Source of the DNA: Desulfocapsa sulfexigens DSM 10523
GTDB lineage: Bacteria > Desulfobacterota > Desulfobulbia > Desulfobulbales > Desulfocapsaceae
Direction: 5' to 3'
NCBI RefSeq assembly: GCF_000341395.1
Contig: NC_020304.1
Location: 1,380,001-1,412,000, forward strand
DNA: 32,000 nucleotides
A model generated the notes under the pieces. The model had not been told where the DNA came from. It saw only the letters and a list, made by a program, of their open reading frames with translations, and made no database searches. Within the stretch, counting starts at the first letter, position 1; every line of letters begins with the position of its first letter. Made by a program: the position numbers and the translations under genes. This document shows positions 28,096 through 32,000 of this stretch, in pieces.

Positions 28096-29234
28096 CTACT
28101 TACGCAATAGATAGGGAACGGTTGGCAGATACTTTTACCCGGCTCTGTGAAATTGACAGTCCATCTCGAGAAGAAGGCCGTTTAGCCGATTATTTGAGAG
28201 AGCTTTTCACTGAACTCGGTGCAGATTCAGTGGTGGAAGATGGATCGGCTAAGAATACAGGGGCCGATTGCGGTAATCTGGTTGTTCATTTTTCAGGTAA
28301 TGTGCCAAAGGAACCTCTTTTTTATGCCTGTCATATGGATACGGTTGAACCTGGTCGAGGAGTAAAGGTTCGTCGGGTTGGGGATATTTTCACAACGGCA
28401 GGTGATACGGTGCTTGGCGGAGATGATAAGTCCGGTATTGCTGCTGTGATTGAGTTAATTCGAGTGCTTAAGGATGAAAAAATTCCCCATGGACCCATTG
28501 ATATAATCCTTACCACCTGTGAAGAGATTGGGCTTCTTGGAGCAAAAAATCTTGATATTGGTCTTGTGCGTGCAAAGTCCGGATATGCGCTGGATTCAAC
28601 CGGTATTGACAAGGTTATAATGGGTGCTCCTGCGGCCAATCACTTGAAAATTGAGGTTCATGGAATCGCTGCTCATGCCGGATTAAATCCGGAGCAGGGA
28701 GTATCGGCATTTTGTCTGGCCGCGCGTGCCATTGCAGATCTTCGTCTTGGGCGTCTTGATGAACAGTCTACTGCAAACTTTGGCTTGATTAAAGGTGGCG
28801 TTGCCACAAATATTGTGCCTGATCTTATTACTATTGAAGGAGAGGTTCGCTCCCATTCCCCTGCAAAACTCGAAGCCTATACCCGTGAAATCGAATCCAC
28901 CTTCCGCAATGTGGTGAAGGGGTGGTCGGCGCAGATCAGAAATGGCAAGCACCCTTCCGTTGAGGTGGCTGTGGAAACTGAGTACCCCTGTATGTATCTT
29001 GAAGATGATGATCCGACAATACTGCGGGTACGTCGGGCCGGGAATCTTCTGGAAAGGGAGATCCTTTTTCAAATTGCCGGTGGCGGCTCAGATGCCAATA
29101 TTTTTAACAGCTATGGCCTGAAAACTGCCATTATTGCAACGGGTATGGACAAGGTTCATACCACGGATGAATGTCTTGATCTGCGCGATCTTGTCAGTTT
29201 GACAGAATTGTTGCTGGCCGTTGCAGAGTCCTGA
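28092..29234 (+). CDS. M20-family peptidase (peptidase T-like)
   Basis: FYACHMDTVEPGRG, TVLGGDDKSGIAAVIE, LTTCEEIGLLGAKNL, IAAHAG, GGGSDANIFNSYG. Start ATG overlaps the ispDF stop (ATGA); the listed ORF starts at 27966. Confidence 0.93.
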   Translation: MTTYAIDRERLADTFTRLCEIDSPSREEGRLADYLRELFTELGADSVVEDGSAKNTGADCGNLVVHFSGNVPKEPLFYACHMDTVEPGRGVKVRRVGDIFTTAGDTVLGGDDKSGIAAVIELIRVLKDEKIPHGPIDIILTTCEEIGLLGAKNLDIGLVRAKSGYALDSTGIDKVIMGAPAANHLKIEVHGIAAHAGLNPEQGVSAFCLAARAIADLRLGRLDEQSTANFGLIKGGVATNIVPDLITIEGEVRSHSPAKLEAYTREIESTFRNVVKGWSAQIRNGKHPSVEVAVETEYPCMYLEDDDPTILRVRRAGNLLEREILFQIAGGGSDANIFNSYGLKTAIIATGMDKVHTTDECLDLRDLVSLTELLLAVAES

Positions 29235-29377
29235 TATCCCAGTATCTCTCCCACTCGTCGGGCACCCCGTGTCCGTCATGTCGTCTGTATTAGCATAGCA
29301 CCCATATCAGAAAAGCAGAAAGAGTACTGACCGTGTATGTGCAGGTTGTAAAAAACCGACTACGGTCGATTTTTCTG

Positions 29378-29414
29378 TTGCTCTGGAGTCTGGTGGTCGA
29401 TATAATTTCGACCA
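29378..29414 (+). promoter_or_regulatory. Putative promoter with overlapping palindromic operator upstream of tetR-family gene
   Basis: TTGCTC (29378-29383), 17-bp spacer, TATAAT (29401-29406). Palindrome TGGTCGA (29394-29400) - TATAATT - TCGACCA (29408-29414). Confidence 0.65.
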
Positions 29415-29441
29415 TAGTCATTATTTTCCAGGAGCAGAAAC

Positions 29442-30077
29442 ATGACCACGGTACGGGAAGAAAAAAAAAGACAGACCAGAAAGGCCATTCTTGAGGCGGC
29501 AATAAGCCTCTTTGGATCGAGAGGCTACGAAAAAACAAGTGTTGATCTGTTAGCCAGAAAAGCCGGAGTAGGCAAGGGAACTATCTACAGTTACTTTCGT
29601 ACCAAGAGTGAGATTTTTTTGGCCTTCTGCGAAGATGAGCTTGATTTTTTACACCTGGAGATGGGGCGTAAGATAGACAGCAATACGCCTTTTCTTGAGG
29701 CATTGGTTGAGATATTTATGATTGAGTTTCGGTATGTTACCCGCAATCGGGAGTTTGGCAGACTTTTTCTCCGTGAGGTTATTTTTCCTGCAGGGAAGAT
29801 AGGGGAACGATCCCGGGATATTGATGATCGTTTTATTGCCATTTTTCTCCCCCTTTTTCAAAAAGCTCAGGAAACTGGTGAGTTGCGACTTGATGTAGAA
29901 CTTCTGTTTGCAATCGGTCATTTTTACGCTCTGTATCTCCTTATTCTCTCGGCCTGGTACTCCGGCAGGATTCTTGAAGATGATGATGTGCTGATGTCCT
30001 TGACAATGCTCTTCGAACAGGCATTAAGTGGGCTGGCACCTGCCTCTTCTCCCCAACAACTTTCAGGCAAACAATGA
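29442..30077 (+). CDS. TetR/AcrR-family transcriptional regulator
   Basis: TRKAILEAAISLFGSRGYEKTSVDLLARKAGVGKGTIYSYFRTKSEIFLAF is the TetR HTH. Confidence 0.95.
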   Translation: MTTVREEKKRQTRKAILEAAISLFGSRGYEKTSVDLLARKAGVGKGTIYSYFRTKSEIFLAFCEDELDFLHLEMGRKIDSNTPFLEALVEIFMIEFRYVTRNREFGRLFLREVIFPAGKIGERSRDIDDRFIAIFLPLFQKAQETGELRLDVELLFAIGHFYALYLLILSAWYSGRILEDDDVLMSLTMLFEQALSGLAPASSPQQLSGKQ

Positions 30078-31216
30078 AAAGTGAATATTCTCCCCAAAGT
30101 AGTCGCGCCAGGATCGTGTACATGGTTTGGAAAAACCTCCCTCGCTTCCTTCTTCTCCTTCTTGTTATTTTGTCCCTGTTTGGTTTTCTGGGAATCAAGA
30201 AGAAGGGAAAACAGTTGGTTCAGGAAAAAGCGGAGGCGGTAGCTGAACAGAGAGAGGCTGTAAATGTTGTAGTTCTCGAGATTAAGCCGGTTCTACTTCG
30301 CGATCGTATTAATCTTCCCGGCTCAATAGAAGCATGGCAGAAACTTGAGCTTTTGGCAAAAGTTGCTGGAACCGTCGAAGAGATTCTTGTTACAGAGGGA
30401 GATCTGGTTGAAGAAGGAGCTATCCTTGCCAGAATTGAAGATGATGACTACCGGATTGCCCTTCAGTCTGCCAAAGCATCCTGGACATTAGCAAAGGCAG
30501 AGCTACAGCGGGTCCAGACCATGCATGCCAGGGGGATCGCTCCCCAGGCAGAGATGGAAAATCTTAATGCCCGTTTTCTTACGGCTCAGGCAGCTCTGGA
30601 TGATGCAACGCTTAAGCTTTCCCGCTGCACCATTAAGGCTCCTGTAGCTGGAGTCATCAGTCGACTGGATGCAAAGCCAGGCCTCCTGCTCAGCGTTGCT
30701 GATCCAGTGGCCGAAATTCTTCAGATGGAGAAGGTGAAAGCCGTGGTGGGAATTCCAGAATCTGATGTGGTAGCTCTTCGAGAGATTGATGAAATTAATC
30801 TTGAAATCAAGGCGCTTGGTGACAAAATCTTCGTTGGCCGAAAACATTTCCTTGCTCCATCTCCTGAGTCCAACGCTCATGTGTACCGACTGGAGTTGGC
30901 TGTTGCCAATCTCGACTATTCCATCCTTCCCGGAATGTTTGTACGGGCGGATATTGTCAAAAAAGAAAATGACAGGGCTCTGGCTGTTCCCCTGTACGCT
31001 GTCATTAACCGCAATGAAGAACAGTTTTTATATCTGGAAGTCGATGGTCGTGTACAGAAGCAGCCAGTAAAGCTTGGTATTATGGATGGCTGGATGGTCG
31101 GAGTGACCGCTGGCCTTGCCACTGGTGACCGGGTCGTGATAGAGGGGCATCGTGATGTTGAAGATGGACAGCAGGTCAGGGTTGTCCGCAGTCTTTCCTC
31201 CCTGGAGGCTCCATGA
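30074..31216 (+). CDS. RND efflux periplasmic adaptor (membrane fusion protein)
   Basis: INLPGSIEAWQKLELLAKVAGTVEEILVTEGDLVEEGAILARIEDDDYRIALQSAKA...IKAPVAGVISRLDAKPGLLLS. ATGA overlap with tetR. Confidence 0.95.
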   Translation: MKSEYSPQSSRARIVYMVWKNLPRFLLLLLVILSLFGFLGIKKKGKQLVQEKAEAVAEQREAVNVVVLEIKPVLLRDRINLPGSIEAWQKLELLAKVAGTVEEILVTEGDLVEEGAILARIEDDDYRIALQSAKASWTLAKAELQRVQTMHARGIAPQAEMENLNARFLTAQAALDDATLKLSRCTIKAPVAGVISRLDAKPGLLLSVADPVAEILQMEKVKAVVGIPESDVVALREIDEINLEIKALGDKIFVGRKHFLAPSPESNAHVYRLELAVANLDYSILPGMFVRADIVKKENDRALAVPLYAVINRNEEQFLYLEVDGRVQKQPVKLGIMDGWMVGVTAGLATGDRVVIEGHRDVEDGQQVRVVRSLSSLEAP

Positions 31217-32000
31217 TAGTTTCGGATACAGCTGTAAAAAAATCGATCTCGGTTCTTGTCCTGGCTGTAATAATTCTTGTTTTTGGCACCTATTGCTACC
31301 TTGCACTGCCACGGGAATCTGAGCCCGATATCACAATTCCAAATGTTTTTGTCTCCACCTCTTACAGAGGCGTCTCACCATCCGATATTGAAACGGCTAT
31401 CACAATAGAAATTGAAAAAAAGCTTAAAGGGCTTGATGGCGTAAAAAAAATTGAATCTGTGAGTTCAGAAGGGCTTTCATCCATCAATGTCGAGTTTCTT
31501 ACCGGTGTCGATATAGACAAGGCCCTCCAGGATGTGAAAGACAAAGTAGATGAGGCCAAAGGGGAGCTGCCAAACGATCTGGAAGATGATCCCGTGGTCT
31601 TTGAAGTGAATCTATCTGAAATGCCCATCCTAGTTTTTTCCCTTTCCGGAACCTGCGGTCTGCCATGTCTCAAGGATATAGCTGACGATCTTCAGGACGA
31701 TATTGAGGCAGTAACCGGGGTTCTTGAAGTGGATATCAGCGGAGGTCTGGAGCGGGAGATCCGCATTGAGGTTCTCCCCGAGAAACTCGCATTTTATGGA
31801 CTTACAATTAACTCTCTGGAGCGGGTGGTTGCGAGCGAAAACCAGAACACTTCAGGTGGCGCCATTCACCTTGGAAAGGGAAGGTTTCAACTGCGTGTGC
31901 CTGGGGAGTTTGCAACACCGGAGGAGATCTATGGTCTGGTTCTCACCACCCATCAAGGCGATCCGGTATATTTAAAAGATGTGGCCAGGATTGTGGACGG
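31213..32000 (+). CDS. RND efflux transporter permease (AcrB/MdtB-like), 3' truncated by window end
   Basis: MIVSDTAVKKSISVLVLAVIILVFGTYCYLALPRESEPDITIPNVFVSTSYRGVSPSDIETAITIEIEKKLKGLDGVKKIESVSSEG; open to the window end. ATGA overlap with the adaptor gene. Confidence 0.94.
   Translation, partial: MIVSDTAVKKSISVLVLAVIILVFGTYCYLALPRESEPDITIPNVFVSTSYRGVSPSDIETAITIEIEKKLKGLDGVKKIESVSSEGLSSINVEFLTGVDIDKALQDVKDKVDEAKGELPNDLEDDPVVFEVNLSEMPILVFSLSGTCGLPCLKDIADDLQDDIEAVTGVLEVDISGGLEREIRIEVLPEKLAFYGLTINSLERVVASENQNTSGGAIHLGKGRFQLRVPGEFATPEEIYGLVLTTHQGDPVYLKDVARIVD

Overview
This 32 kb window joins an IS-riddled accessory region (about 1-10,100) to what looks like ordinary chromosome (about 10,100-32,000). 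The backbone resembles Desulfobacterota/deltaproteobacteria; this is inferred from the tmRNA tag ADDYNYALAA and the general gene content, and no search was run. The boundary is the 3' end of an intact tmRNA gene (ssrA, minus strand, ~10099-10459). A tyrosine-integrase-like ORF ends there, and its C-terminal catalytic part has been cut off by an IS21-family element. The accessory side carries: the end of an IS3-family element; a large gene with a C-terminal PD-(D/E)XK-like nuclease domain, damaged by an IS at each end and by a frameshift at an A7 tract; an IS4-family element with an 18-bp TIR and a 9-bp target duplication; an AbiE-type (type IV) toxin/antitoxin pair with palindromic and tandem operator-like repeats upstream; and a complete IS21-family istA/istB element. 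The backbone carries smpB, a GspE/PilB ATPase, purL, a DUF808 protein, an FAD amine-oxidase-like protein, a CHASE4-like GGDEF protein, nfo, an M48 peptidase with TPRs, tRNA-Met(CAT), a Nif3-like protein, a C4 zinc-ribbon protein, rnpB, ispDF, an M20 peptidase and a tetR / RND adaptor / RND permease operon. I found no convincing complete new system. The best candidates for follow-up are the broken large PD-(D/E)XK protein and the nested inverted-repeat element at 17969-18043.
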